From Callorhinchus milii (taxonomy: Eukaryota): a stretch of 64,000 nucleotides of DNA. Shown here one piece after another: positions 35,935 to 49,998 of this stretch (the first letter of the stretch is position 1; each line of letters starts with the position of its first letter). The position numbers were made by a program, and so were the translations under genes. The stretch is from the NCBI RefSeq assembly GCF_018977255.1, contig NW_024704743.1:89220001-89284000 (forward strand). The letters run 5' to 3'. Below the pieces are notes generated by a model. It was not told where the DNA came from. It ran no database searches and worked only from the letters and a program-made list of their open reading frames with translations.

Positions 35935-36429
35935 AAAAGACAGGTTAGTGGGCTGAACAGATAGCTCTTACAGACACAGACACGATAGACTGAATGGCCT
36001 TTATCTGTGGTGCAAACTTCTGATTCTGTGATCTCCTAGTTATTTGTAGGACCTTGCTGATCAAAAATAGTCACTAGACTTGTCAATAATTTCTTGTGAA
36101 TCTCTTTAAGATGTTCCTACAAAAAATAACTTGTATCTAATCCTATCAGTGTTCATGTGCTCTGGTGTGAGAAGGATCCGGAACCTTATGTTGGTTTGTT
36201 TCAAGGTGAAATCACCAAAGAATAAAAGTTGGTTGTGGATTTCTCGGATGAAGTGGAATTAGCGACCAAATCAATATATATGTATATAATTATGTTTAAT
36301 CACAATGCGAAGAGACACAATTTTTGGGGACTTCAAACTAAACTGCATATACTTCCCCCTATCAACAAGGTAAAATAATTGTAATATGATTGCAATGTAA
36401 ATCAACATAGTAGATCGTATCATTGATAG

Positions 36430-36642
36430 GATAATGAAAAAATCCCTTCAAAAAATTAAAAAAATTAAAAATGTGGTCATTCAATCTACGACTGTGTGTG
36501 AGACATCACTGTGTGCAATTGGCTGCCGGTTTTCACCCACAAAATGTAAAGTCGATTCACTTTACAGTATATCCTGTGAAGCGCTTTGAGACGGCTAGAA
36601 GAGGTGATAAGGCGCTATATTAAATGCAAGAATTATTGTAAT
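36430..36642 (+). mobile_element. SINE 3' part
   Basis: Body and tail homologous to 8790-8971. Confidence 0.85.
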
Positions 36643-36714
36643 TACATATTTATCTTAACCAAATATTTCTCATTTTTTTGGTCCAGAGAATCAAATATTT
36701 TTCGGTATTTCCCT

Positions 36715-37020
36715 AAGGTGTCAGTCTGGCTTGGTGGTAGTACTCTTGCGTCTTAAGTCAGAAGGTTCTAGGAGCCACATCTAGATGGCTCTTCAGTACG
36801 GATTGGGAGAGGACGGCATGTCAGAGATGCTGTCCTTTGGATAAGACTTTAAACTGAGATCCCATCTGGCTGTTCAAGTGGACGATATATATTGCATGGC
36901 ATTATTAAAAAAGAGCAGGGGTTTCACACTCTGGTATCCAGATAAAATTTACCATTCACTTCATGCCTTTATGAGATCATTACCATTTGCAAATTGGCTG
37001 CCATTTTCTCCTAGAAATAC
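36715..37020 (+). mobile_element. Deu-domain SINE, old
   Basis: ggtggtagtactcttgcgtcttaagtcagaagg head and tgtcagagatgctgtcctttggataagactttaaactgag core. Confidence 0.7.
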
Positions 37021-37791
37021 ACAGCCTAAGTAATGTCATTTGGATATGTCTTTTCGACTAAGGGACCCTTTTCAGAAACTTGCTGAATTACTTTGAGATG
37101 CACTTGACTTTAACAGGTACTAAATCAAACATAAGGATTACTATGTTATTAAGAAGTCTGTGCGACTACAGCTCGAGTGAAGTGCGTACTCATTGGCCGT
37201 TGTGATTGATTTTGACAGAGGCTTTGCACGGGGGATTCACATGACACTGCCAGGCATCACTGGGCTTGTCATTTGACGTGCACCATCAAACTACATTGAT
37301 GTCATTTCAAGTAATCCTCTGGCAAAGACTAGATGGTTTTTTACTGATTTGTAAAGCAATACATTGGCACTGTGCTCTTACAGAAAGCAGGGAGATATCT
37401 TCAAATTTTCACAGTGCCAATGAATTTGGAAGTGTTCTAAATTACATTATGTTTCAAAAATGTACAATTGTTGGCAGTAGCAGCAAACTTCTCTCACAGA
37501 TGCGAGCTGAACAACAGTGCAATTTGTAACATTAACATTTTCAACAGTATTTGTGGAGAATCTGAACGAATAAAAAAAATGGGATGCCCAGATGGTGACT
37601 AAATGTGATCTATTTTCTAGTTGTTGGTATTACAGGGATTTGGAGGTAAGAATTGTGGTATTCCTAAATGCACTCCATTCTGGGGATATCTAAGGAATGG
37701 TTTATCGATTGGAGGCTCCTTATTGACAGCTTTGGGATTAAAAACCCTTGACTTTGTTTTTTTAATGTTTTTTCAGAAAGAGAGTCTTAAA

Positions 37792-37850
37792 TGTGTGTGT
37801 GTGTGTGTGATAGAGAGAGAGAGAAAGGGGCAGAGTGTGAGAGTGAGAGA
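37792..37850. repeat. Compound (TG)n/(AG)n microsatellite
   Basis: Direct reading. Confidence 0.85.
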
Positions 37851-39279
37851 AAAAGGCAGTGTTTTCATTATAGTGAGAAGATTGAGTTTTGTTATCGCTA
37901 GCCACAAGAACTGTTTTTTTTGTTTCTTTGAAACATTTTTACTTACAAAATTGCTTTTTAGATCAGCATCAGGCAACAAAGTGCACATTTCACTGCCAGA
38001 TAGCGGTCTAAAAATAATTTTGAAAGAAAAATTTTGAAATTTTAAAAAGGCGTTCTGACATCCGCGATCAAAATCTCGACTTTCTGAAAATTAACAAAGA
38101 AAAAAGCCAGCCAAATTGCTTGTGAGAAGCCTGAGGGAGAGACCATTCTACCAAAGTCAAGGGAGTGCTCAGTCCCAAGCCTGTCATTAAAGTTCTGTTA
38201 CTTAGGTTTGTATCGAAGAGAAATTACTTCATGCCTACGCTGGCAATAAATTGTAAAGCCTGGGGAATTATCCAGTGGTACAGGCCAACAATATAGCTAG
38301 GAGATGGAATGTTTCTCAATGCTTGTAACAAATTTACATGCACAGAGACTTGCTAGAATACTCATATACACAGTTCACAGACATTCTCATGTGCACCCAA
38401 TAAAAATACCAAGAGTAGTTGTCTTAAGGAGAAGATTCTGACTTAAATAGTAGAAAATTCCATCTTCACGGTGTTTGTTTGGATCCTCTAGCTGCATATC
38501 TTTTGTAGTTTGTTTAACTATTTTACATCACCGATTGTGCCTTCCAGTCCTATATGACTAATCCCAGCGTGATGGAATATTCTGTGAACCAGGTTAAGGG
38601 AGGTTTAATTTTTGCTTTTCACACCATTCACAAACCTGTGAATTTAAATTGACTGTTTAAAACACAAATACGTTTATGACAAGGAGCAGTCTACATTAAA
38701 GGCTTTAATGGACTCTTGCTACACTTCAATTTTTGTTTTACTGACAACAGCACATTTACAAGCCTGCCAGTGGAACTCTTATTGGCTTGTCTAGCAGAAG
38801 GTTCAGTGCTTCTCATAAAAAAAGCAGTGTCATCTCTGCCAGTTAGGTGTTCTGGAAGGATGAGATCAAATGGGCTGAGGGTGCCTTTTTTTTTATATAC
38901 CTCTCTTGTAATGTTGTCATTACCTTACAGGACTGCCTTCAAAGTCAGAACTGTCACAAGAAGCAGCACTGTAAGCTAAGCTGGGTATTAGGGCAATTCC
39001 ACTGAATCAAACCAAGCCAATTCAGCATGCCGTTCCACTTAATATAAACATAAAGATGAAAACTGATATCAGTAAAACCAAATTTACAGCCATGCACTTA
39101 TGTTCCCAGGGTTCAAAATATCCTTTGCAGCATAATATCCCATTTACAGTATCAATCTGCTGTGTATTTCTGATAATGTTTGAAACAGTGGTTTTGACTC
39201 TAATGTTGAGGAATATTACCAACAAGGGAGCAGGTTATACCTGACTTAGTTATGAGCAAAATGAGCCAGAAATAGTTAG

Positions 39280-39810
39280 CAATCTGAACGTAAAAGAGCA
39301 TCTTGGGAATACTGATCATAATATGATTAAATTAAATATCAAGCATAAAGGAAATAAAGTAGGATCACACCACTATTTTAAACAAGGCCAATTTTGAGGA
39401 GATGAAGAAGATATCACTTAAATTAAGAGTGGGCTATTTCTAAGTGTATTGATGATGCACAAAGAATAAAAAAACAAAGAAGTTATGTTTATCTATATAT
39501 CTTTAGTTAGACCACAGTTAGAGAATTGTGTTTTGGCCACCTCACTTCATAAAGGATGTCAGGGATGTAGAGAAGGTGCAAAGGAGACTACTAGGATGAT
39601 ACCAGGGATGTGTTTTTTGACTTATAAGCAAGATTGGAGGAACCTGGGCCTCTTTTTACTGGGACATAGAAGGCTGAGAGGAGACCAGATAGTGATTTTT
39701 AAAATTAGGAGGGGCTTTGATAAAATAGATAGGTTAAAATAATTTTCACAGGTCGTTCAGTCAGTAATAAGAGAAGATCAATTCAGGATAGTTACCAAAG
39801 GAACAATGGG
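39280..39810 (+). mobile_element. Old CR1 LINE fragments
   Basis: YISLVRPQLENCV...TRMIPGM...LGLFLLGHRRLRGDQIVIFKI. Confidence 0.8.
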
Positions 39811-41399
39811 AAAACTCCTCGATCAAAATAGATAATTCACTTCATAAACACAGATCAAAGCAATGGAATCATATTTCTGGATGTGGGGGCCTTTTTTGGA
39901 GACAATAAGAAGTAAAATAATCATCCATGCCTAGGTCAAGACTTGCTTTCAAAATGTTTGCAGTTGTTTGGGCCACTACTAACCACAGTGTTTCTAACCT
40001 TTATGAATTTCCATCAGCATTTCCTGGATTCCACAAGCATCTGCTTTCCTCGTGGAATCAACGTCACTTTTGTTGCTGATCTATCCCCAACTGGGCTGCC
40101 AGACCCCAGTGATTCGAACTGTTTCCTTTCCCACATGTTCCTGAGACATCGCAGTAAGCTTCAAACCACGATACGTCCCCTATCAATCCGGTACTGATGG
40201 CTGCTTTCAACAATGGCATTCTAAACAGACAGTCTTCTGTTAAAGACTCAGAAGATGAACAGTGGAGAAAGTGGATTAAGGGCTCCAGCCAGCTACATTT
40301 TCTCCGCTGTTCATTTGGCAGAGGTTCCCAGAAACAACCCTTCTCCACCTTATTAATTGGCAGCTATAAGTTGAAGCTGACAAGAAGATAAACTTACAAC
40401 TGACCACCCTGCTCATGGCTACAGTTGCTTCAACTTGAGTGACCAGCTCCTTCACAGTTCACAGACTTTAGACTTCAAAGACACTCTGACATAACTTTTT
40501 AAGCATGTTGGAAAGTTACAGAGCCTAGAATATCATCCCTCATTTGTACCAGACAAAGATGGAGAAACACCTTCAAGGAACTGCCAATGAGTCACATTGT
40601 ATTGATATGTATGTTAATTGCAGCCACTATCAGTCAGGAAGTTGTTGTAAAGCAACTTGGACATCTATGGCCCCAAATAATTATTTTCATTCTTTATACA
40701 TTTCTTGCCATTTTTCCGTGACATTTTTATATCTCTGCAGTGTTTAACATGTACACACTTGGCTATGCTTTGTAAGTGATGTAAATATGGGGATTCAATG
40801 GTATGAATGGAATTATTTGCTCTACTTTTAGTTGTTCAGCAATATACTGTTATCTTTGCAATAATCTTTTGTGTTTAATGACCTTATATAGGTGGAAGAA
40901 ACTTCGCTAAATACTTTATATATTTACACACGAAAGTTCTATCTATCCGCTAATAATTGTCCTTGTGTATTTTTCACTAATTAGATGAGCCAAACCTGTA
41001 CCTTTGAAGTTTAGTAAAGATGAATTGACCCCATGATCTACGTGTTAAGATTTTCAAACTGTTGTAAAGTTCAGTGGTACTCATGACCCAATACACAGGG
41101 TAGAGAGACATAGACAGTGTGTCCAGATTCCAGTAATTCACTAGTGACTGGTTGGGTTGAGTGATTCTGTCTCCAGCCTTGGGCAGTTCTTCCCTATTGA
41201 GCTGTTACTGGGTGATGGGAGCTCAATAATTTCATCAACTAGGCAGTCAGAGGACCCTCCACATGCCAGCTCTGATTGGCTGCCTCGCTTCCCACTTGAT
41301 GGACATTTTTAGGGAAGATGTTTGCCTCTCCCAAAATATTTGAGCTCTCCTGAACAGGAGCAAGCAATTCTTAAATGTAAAAATTCTAATTGATTCAAC

Positions 41400-42200
41400 A
41401 CTTGAATCCTGGAATTTCGGCAAACGGATGTCCAAGTTCATACATTTATAATCTAGCTCACAATTGAAGAAAGCAGTCATTACAGCTAATGAGAAACTGG
41501 TGTTTATAGCAAGAGGTCTGGAAGATAAAAACAAGCAAATCCTGCTAGATTTCTTGTACCACAATATGTCACACTTGTTACTGCCGACTCAAGGGAATTT
41601 ACTCTGAAGATAGATTAAGTTGCAACATGAACTTAACTTTTGAATTAAGAAATATCACTAAATTTATATATTATATCAGTATATTATCTACAGCTATCTT
41701 ATGACTTCCATCTGGGAAAAGTGGCTGACAGAAGTTCCACAGGAGCCTATTCTGCATTCACTTCTGTTCACACTATTTAATTAATTGGAGCAGAGCACTG
41801 CTTGTAATATTGTAAAATGCGCTTCTGGTGCCAAGCTGTGTGGCCAGGTGTATATTATGAGAAGACTGAATAACATTCATGAAGACCTGGAACAATTCAG
41901 CAGATTGGCCAATCTGTGGCAGATGGATTGCAATATAGATGCATGCTAGGTAATGCATGTTGGAAGGAGAAGGTGTAAACATGCTGCATCAAGGGGCTGT
42001 CTGCTAGCAGAGGTGCAAATAGAAAAGAAAAGGGTTCTGGTTTGATTATTTGTCATTCACTTGAGGCTTCTATGCAATGTGAAGCCACTGTCAACAAAAC
42101 TGATCAATACTGGGATACATCTCAAGGACATTTGACTATAAAGGAAAATAATTGTTCTAACCCTGAATAGATCGCTGATAAGGTCATGTTTAAAAGTTCT
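41400..42200 (+). mobile_element. Old CR1 RT fragments
   Basis: Degenerate VPQEPIL, ADWPICGRW (WANLWQM-like) and KGK...LTLNRSLIR segments. Confidence 0.6.
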
Positions 42201-42833
42201 ATATTGAAGTGGTTCTTTTCTGCTTGTTATTAACCAGCTCGGTTACTTCTAAAAGTAAAAGTCAATTATTCCAGCTGTGTAAAGCAGTTGGAGATGCCCT
42301 TCCAATGTGAGAGGTCCTATATAGATGTAAATTGTATTGTATTGTAAATGTATGCTTATAATGGGAATACCCTGTCATGTCTGCCCTTCTACTAACCTCA
42401 ATCAGCAGCAATGCTGCATCATCCAATTATCATCAACAAAAAATTTCACTTGTATAATGTCTTTCACACAGAATGAAGCTCTCAAAGAGAGACAGAGGGT
42501 TTTGAATTGTTCTCTCACTGAATCACAAATATATTCTCACAACTGCAAAAGTAAATTATACCCTGTCTTTCTTCCACTTTGCCCCGACGGCTTCTGATGG
42601 AAGGTGTCCTGCTTGCAGATACTCAACTTGGCCCATGAGTTAAGTCTGCGCAGACTGGGACTTGATCTACAAATAGTTGGTCCATATAGCCTAGTGGTTT
42701 ATGGAGTGATGCCTTTATTAACTTAGCTGTCAAGGAAGCTTATGCACTTTTTAATGCCTGTTGTCTTTTGATTTATTGACAGACAATTTGATAGAAATTG
42801 ACTGACAATTTGACATGTCTCTTTTCTTTACAG

Positions 42834-42982
42834 ATATGGTTACAGAAGTACGGCTATCTACAAGCTAGTGAACCCAGAATGTCAGTATTGCGCTCCTCAC
42901 AGTCCTTGCACTCAGCTGTAGCTGCCATGCAGCAATTCTATGGGATTAAAGTTACAGGAACTTTGGACGAAAACACGATAGA
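42834..42982 (+). CDS. MMP16: Internal coding exon (exon 2 equivalent; pro-domain/peptidoglycan-binding-like region) of a membrane-type matrix metalloproteinase, best match MMP16 (MT3-MMP)
   Basis: Polypyrimidine tract and acceptor (tctcttttctttacag|ATA), donor GA|gtaaga, 149 bp, phase 0 to 2. Translates IWLQKYGYLQASEPRMSVLRSSQSLHSAVAAMQQFYGIKVTGTLDENTI(E). WLQKYGYL, PRMSVLRS and AAMQQFYGI match my recollection of MMP16 better than MMP14/15/24. Paralog assignment is from memory, not a search. Confidence 0.88.
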
Positions 42983-43394
42983 GTAAGAAACAATATCTGC
43001 TTAACCTATAGTGAACACAAATCTCACAAATGCTTCATTCATCTGCTAGAAGAAGCTGATCAACACTCGCTTGTAATTCAAAGAGCAACATTGCTATCAT
43101 TTTCATCAATATTCATAAACCTGAGATTTCTATATTGCATTTTAAGGGACAATGTATTTATATATAGAGTGGTTAGAGAAAGCGTGGGAAGGGGGAGGAA
43201 ATGTAAAACTTTATTTACACAGTATTCAGTATTCAGTAGGAATAGAGGGTTTGCTACTTTGCTGTTCAGTAGCTGAATACCACCTCTGCCTGGACAGGCC
43301 TGATCTCCCTTACCAGTGAGGTTAAGATCGGTACCATTGAACAAATTTTGCTATCCTGCAAAAAGATTAGGAAGGAATTGACATGTTGATAACA

Positions 43395-44175
43395 TTTTCT
43401 TTTTTTTTTCTTTTTTTTTGAGGAGCAGGAGTAGGCCATTCGGCCCTTCGAGCCTGCCCTGCCATTCAATCATGGCTGATCTTCTAATCTAACTACAGCT
43501 AATAACCTAACCCTGCCTTATCCCCATATCCCTTAATCCCTTTTGCAATAAGAAATCTATCTCAGTCTTGAATATGTTCAAGGACTGAACATCAACAGCC
43601 CTTTGGGGTAGCGACTTCCATACATTCACTACCCTTTGAGTGAAGAAGTTCTTCCTCAACTCAGTGCGAAAGGGCTGGCCTCTGATTTTAAGGTTGTGAC
43701 CCCTGGTTTTAGTTTCTCCAACCAGGGAAAACAATCTCCCACTATCTACTCTATCATGCCCTTTGATGATCTTATAGGTTTCTATAAGATCCCTTCTAAT
43801 TCTTTTATATTCTAGAGAATATAGTCCCAAATTGGTCAGCCTATCCTCGTAACTCATCCCCTTCATCCCTGGTACTAACCTAGTAAATCTACGCTGCACC
43901 CCCTCCAAGGCAAGTACATCCTTCCTTAAATAAGGAGACCAAACCTGCACACAGTATTCCAGGTGTGGTCTCATAGGGCCCTATACAGTTGCAGCAAGAC
44001 TTCCCTACTCTTATACTTTAATCCTTTCATAATGAATGCTAACATACCGTTTGCCTTCCTAATTTCTTGCTGCACCCGCAGACTAACTTTCTGTGATTGG
44101 TGTACAAGGACACCCAAGTCCCTCTGGACGCTAACACATTCCAATCTCTCCCCTTGTAAAAAATAACCCGCTCTT
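43395..44175 (-). mobile_element. CR1 LINE 3' fragment with A-rich tail
   Basis: RPHLEYCVQVWSPYLRKDVLALEGVQRRFTRLVPGM...FFTQRVVNVWKSLP. 3' UTR gggccgaatggcctactcctgctcc followed by an A-run. Confidence 0.93.
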
Positions 44176-45267
44176 TTTATACCTTCCTGCGCCATAACGC
44201 TACGATAGGGTCTGCTCAGTCCAGCCAAATACAAGTCAAACCCAGCAACCCTGGGAGACAAATAAGACTTTAAGGATTAGGACACTTGAGGTGCAATTCC
44301 AATTTGCAATTTTCATCTAAAATCTGTTCATAGCAAATAAGCATCAGCCATTAGAAACTGTATAAATGACTGTACTAGAAACATGTGTCAGAGTGACTTA
44401 CGGTTCCTCCGGCATCTTTGATACTGTAAGCTGGCCTTCAGAAATAGATTGGCACAGACATTTGCCTTGCAGTTCAATATTTTATAGGGGTATTCTATCA
44501 TGGAAATGGGTAGCAGTGCTATTTTGTCCAAGTAGATGAGATACAGGTTTTGAGTTCTATGAATGCCAAGGTCCCCACTGAAGCAAGCTTATAATGTAAC
44601 AATTTCCCAAAGGCAGTATCTGATTCCAAACTCAGGTAGGTCATTGTTAAGCTGTACAAGGCATTCCCAGTGGTTTCTCTCAGCCACCACCTTGAACGTT
44701 CTTCACCGCTGTCATCCCTCACTTGAATAAGCATGAGAAAGTGTTAACCTACACGTAGCAAATGAAAAGGTCAGTCCTTGAAGATTGGACAAGTCTTTTG
44801 TCATTCTTTTAAAAGTGAAGGTTATAAATATAAAACGGAAATTATGTCACTTAATTTGTTGAAAAATATTCCTGAATGCCTTGTGTGATTTCAATCAGAG
44901 AAAGCAAGGACACTGATTCACAGCCCAACGTTTCCTAGCAATGGAATTTTAGGACTGGTACTTCAAGCATAATAAATAATCATAGTAGGTATTATTGGGC
45001 TAAAAACTACGGTATTCCTCAATAAATTTGTTGGTGTGAATTGGTGTTGGCATTTAGAAAAGGTGGAGAAACTGTTGTTAAAATATCATCTTTAATGATA
45101 AATTCAGGGCTGAGTACCCCTTGGAATTATCACTGCCAGACTAACTCTGTTTTAATAGAGGGTGTGTTGGATAGATTGAGCAAAAATGTAAAGAAAGGCT
45201 TTTAAATCAATAAAATACCTGAGGCATTTTCATTGAGAGTACTACAGTGAAGAACCTCTATTTTATA

Positions 45268-45360
45268 AATTTTTGGTCAGCCAGGTATCGATTCACGGAG
45301 AAACCAAAACTTGTTTAAGACTATTCAAACCAGACTGAGAGTTCCACATATGTAAGCCAC
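45268..45360 (-). repeat. 3' end of unclassified A-tailed retroposon family
   Basis: Minus strand ...tctggtttgaatagtcttaaacaag...gatacctggctgacc-aaaaa. Confidence 0.55.
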
Positions 45361-45789
45361 CAATGCAAAAAACATTTCCTTCCCCCAACACACCGGAGAA
45401 GCCGCAGTCAGTCACTTAATTTAATTAATTTTAATTGAAAAATCTTTAGCTGCAAAAGGAAATTACAAATAATTTTGTTCCTCAGTTCAGAAACATTAAC
45501 AACTCAGGTAGGGTTGCAGGGGTGAGGGGGTGGCTACAGACTTGTGCTTCTTTCTCAGAACTCCACAGTATGTTAGCTTGACTGTGAAGAACAGAGCCTG
45601 TATTATTTCTTTTGGTCTGGCTGTGAAAGCCTTTCACAAGGCTTTGATTTGTTTTTAATAAATCAAATGTATTTCAGCTTGAAAGAACCCAGAAGACGTT
45701 TATCTGACATTCTAAAGTGGAGGTGTTAAACACCTCCTGAAAAATGTGAGCCAGATTAGTGCAACTGTATGAAGTTTACATTTTGTCCA

Positions 45790-46543
45790 ATCCTTAAAAA
45801 ACCCTCCCTGGACCCATCCCTGCTCTCAAATTACCACCCCATCTCCAACCTCCCTTTTGTTTCCAAGGTCCTGGAATGAATTGTTGCTTCCCAACTTTGC
45901 TCCTTCCTCTCTGCGACTTCCTTCACGATCTCCTTCAATCAGATTTCTTTGCCGCTCACAGCAGAGAAACCGCTTTGGTCAAAGTGACAAATGACATTTT
46001 GTCCATCTGGGACCAGGGCTTCCTCTGCCTCCCATCCTCCTTGACCTCTCTGCTGGCTTCGATACCTTTGACTACTCTATCCTCATTCACTGCCTCACCT
46101 TTCACCTCAACCTTATGGTTCTGTCCTTGAATGGTTCAGATTCTACCTCTCACACCGTCTCCACTTCATCTCCTCAACCAGTTTCTCCTGTAGCCCCTGC
46201 ACTGTCTCATGTAGCGTACTCAGGGCTCTGTCCTTGGTCCCCTCCTCTTCAATATCTATATGCTTCCTCTTGGTGACATCATCTGCAGACATCATCACAG
46301 ACACCCAACTCTATCTATGTCTCCACCCAAGACTCCAGGGCCACTGCTGTGCTGACAGAATGTCTGTCAGACATCAAGTCCTGGATGAGACCTAACTTTC
46401 TACAGTTGAACGTTAACAAAACCAAGGCTCTCCTGGTTGGCTCCCATCAGCGCCTCCTCACCTCTGGCGCTGACAGCATCACCATCCAAGGATGCACACT
46501 GCATCTCACTGAACCAGACCAGAACTATGGTGTCTTGTTTGAC
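45790..46543 (+). mobile_element. L2-clade LINE RT fragment (5' part, interrupted by CR1)
   Basis: [16 protein letters not shown] and CLSDIKSWMRPNFLQLNVNKTKALLVGS. Breaks at GVLFD. Confidence 0.9.
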
Positions 46544-49500
46544 AAGACAAGAGTCGTGTAGGCTCTGTTGTCTTCCTGGAGCCAGGGTTAAGACGTCTCT
46601 TCAGGGTTGGAGAAGAATTTGAAGCAGGAACAATTCCAATTGTTGTGATCCACATAGGAATAAATGACATAGGTAGGACTAGTAGTGATGCTCTAATGAG
46701 GGAATTTGATGAGCTAGGGGTGAAATTAAAAAGCAGAACCTCAAAGGTAATAATCTCGGGATTACTACCTGAACTACGCACAAATTGGTACAGGGACAAG
46801 CGGATTAAGGAGAAAAACGCTTGGCTGAAAGAATGGTGTGGGAGGCAGGGTTTTCAATTTATGAGCCACTGGCACCAGTTTTTGGGGAAGAAGGATCTAT
46901 TCCATCGTGATGGGCTCTACATAAACCAGGCTGGGAAAAATGTCCTGGCAAAATGAGTAATTAGGGAGGTAAATAGAGCCCTTGTTGAAAATGCTTTAAA
47001 CTAGTAAAGGGGGTGGGAGGGCTGGATGATAAAAATAACAAAAACATAGGGCAAGTAGAGGACAAGAGCAACGATCAAGGTAGCATAAACACTATAGGAA
47101 AAGAAAAGGTAATAGGAAGTTATCACACAAGGTATAGCAAATCAAAATGTAAGAGAAAAACATTGTCAGAGCATGTAGGTAAGTTAGTGACAGATACCCA
47201 AATAAAAAATTATGTACACAAATGCACGTAGCATAAGTAATAAAACATGTAAATTGGAAGCACAAATTCAGCTCAAAGGGTATGATGTAGTAGCTATTAC
47301 AGAGACCTAGTTGCAAGCTGGGCAGGACTGGGAGCTAAATATTCCAGGCTATAAGATCTTTAGAAAAGATAGAGACATTGGGAAAGGAGGAGGGGTAGCA
47401 ATATTGATAAAAGACACTATTGCAGCAGTGGAAAGGAGAGATTTCAGTAAGGGCAACCAGGTATTGGAAGCACTGTGGGTAGAAATAAGGAACAGCAAAG
47501 GAAGTAAGACTCTATTAGGAGTAGTCTACAGACCTCCAGAGAGTTACGATTTAGTGGGGAAATATATAAATACAGAGATCAGGGAAGCATGTAGCAAAAG
47601 CAACGTGGTTATAATGGGAGATTTTAATTTTCACAAAGACTGGGAGAAGCAGGACACCTCAGGTAGTAAAGGTAACAAGTTTCTTGAATGTATTCAGGAC
47701 AGCTTTTTGGAACAATATGTGTTAGAACCAACAAGAGAACAAGGCATACTAGATTTGGTGATGAGTAATGAGCCAGATTTAGTCAATAATCTGACAGTAA
47801 GGGAACACCTTGCAAATAGTGATCATAATATGATTGAATTTGACATTAGATTTGAGAGGGAGAAGGGGGAGTCCCAAACCAAGGTGCTAAATTTAAGTAA
47901 GGCAAATTTCAATGGGATGAGGAATATATTGACCACAGTAAACTGGGCTTAATTGCTAGTGGGTAAACCTACAGATGAGAAATGGGGAGTATTCAAAAAA
48001 GTACTTGATAATGTGCAGAGCATACAAAGGCTCCAATTGTGTGGTTAAATAACCATGGTGGACAAAATCAGTTAGAGATTCCATCAAGCTAAAAGAAGAA
48101 GCTTACTCAAATGCAAAAGATAGTGGAAATGCAGAGGCCTGGGAGAAATACAAAAGGCAACAAAGGGAGACAAAGAAAGTACTAAAAGGAGCAAAAAGGG
48201 AGTAAACTTGGGCGAATGTGGATCCATTAAAGACAGATACAGGTGAGACTATAATGGAAAATAAATATATGGCTGACTAGTACTTTGCTACAGTTTTTAC
48301 TGTAGAAGATGAGGACAAAATACCAAGCATACAAAGGAACCTGAAAATAAGTCAAAAAGAAATGCTCAATAAACTAAATATAAATTTAAAAAATAGTGAT
48401 GGAGAAAATAATGAGACTCAAAATAGGCAAATCTCCAGAACCTGACAGTTTCCACCCCATAGTATTAAAGGAAATAGGAGAGGAAATTGCAGATGCATTG
48501 GTCATGATTTTCCAAAGCTCACTAGATTCGGAAATTGTGCGCTTAGATTGGAAAATTGCCAATGTCACCCCTTTACTTAAGAAGGGAGGGAGGGAGAAAC
48601 CAGGAAATTACAGACCTATCAGTTTAACGTCAGTTGTAGGGAAATTACTGGAATCCATCATCAGGGACAGAGTGACTGAACATTTAGAGAGGTATGAGCT
48701 CATCAAAGGTAGTCAGCATAGGTTTGTAAAGGGTAGGTCGTGCCTAACTAATCTAGTTGAATTTTTTGAGAAAGTCACTAAAATGGTTGATAAAAGAGTG
48801 TCTGTGGATGTTGTTTACCTGGACTTTCAGAAGGTATTTGATAAGGTTCCACGCAAAAGATTATTAGCAAAAATAGAGGCGCACAGAATCGGAGGTAACC
48901 TTGTGATGTGGCTTTGCAATTGGTTGGGAGGCATAAAACAGAGGGTAGGCATTAGGGGAACGTTCTCTGATTGGGGGGCCGTGACAAGTGGTGTCCCCAT
49001 AGGTCTGTACTGGGACCTCATCTTTTTTCCACATACATAAATGACTTGGATGAAGAAATAGAAAGTTTTATATCCAAGTTTGCGGATGACACTAAAATAG
49101 GAGGCTCAGCAAGTAGTGAAGATGGGAGTAGGAAGTTACAGAGGGATGTAGACAGAGTGGGCAAAGCTGTGGCAGATGGAGTTCGATGTAGGGAAGTGCG
49201 AGGTCTTCCGCTATGGACTGAAAAAAGATAGGGCAGAATTACTTTCTTAATGGGGAGAAATTAAGAGCTGTGGAAGAGCAAAAAGATTTGGGTGTCTATA
49301 TCCATAAATCACTAAAAACTAGTTCCCAGGTGCAAAACATAATAAAAAAGGCAAATGGTATGTTGGCCTTTATCTCGAGAAGCCTGGAATACAAAGGGGA
49401 AGAAATAATGCTTCAGCTGAATGGAGCGTTAGTCAGACCCCACCTGGAGTACTGTGTTCAGTTTTGGGCACCACACCACAGGAAAGATATATTGGCCTTG

Positions 49501-49998
49501 GAGAGGGTGCAGCGCAGGTTCACCAGAATGTTACCAGGTCAAAAAGGGTTAAGTTACGAGGAAAGGCTGCATAAACTTGGATTGTATTCCCTCGAGTTTA
49601 GAAGATTGAGGGGTGATTTGATAGAGGTTTTTAGCATGATAGGGTAGATGCAGAAAAGCTATTTCCAATGTTGGGGGAATGCAAAACAAGGGGCATAGTC
49701 TTAAAATTATAACCAGACCATTTAAGAGTGAAATTAGGTAGCATTTTTTTACTCAAAGGGTGATAGAAATCTGGAACTCTCTCCCCCAACAGGTTGTGGA
49801 TGCTGGATCCATCCACACCTTCAAAAAAGAGATTGACAGATTTTTGGTAGGTCGGGGTTTTAAGGGATACGGGGAGAAAGCGGGAAATTGGATTTGAAAT
49901 TCTAGTAAAGATATAGATCGGCCATGATCTAATTAAATGGCGGAACAGGCTCGATGGGCTGAATGGCTTACTCCTGTTCCTATATTCCTATGTTCCTA
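46544..49998 (+). mobile_element. Near full-length degenerate CR1 LINE (ORF1 SGNH-esterase part, ORF2 APE endonuclease and RT, 3' UTR)
   Basis: ORF1 IHIGINDIG...DGLYIN, APE GGGVAILIK/GVVYRPP/MGDFN/LDLV/SDHNMI, RT NYRPISLTSVVGK/YLDFQKVFDKVP/SKFADDTK. Tail (tatgttcc)-like repeats. tgac duplicated at both junctions. Stops and frameshifts present. Confidence 0.96.

Noticed and set aside
37045..37082. Third hammerhead-like motif (minus: ctgaaaagggtcccttagtcgaaaagac)
   Set aside because: The core deviates from CUGAnGA, stem II does not pair well, and no pseudo-LTR context is visible.
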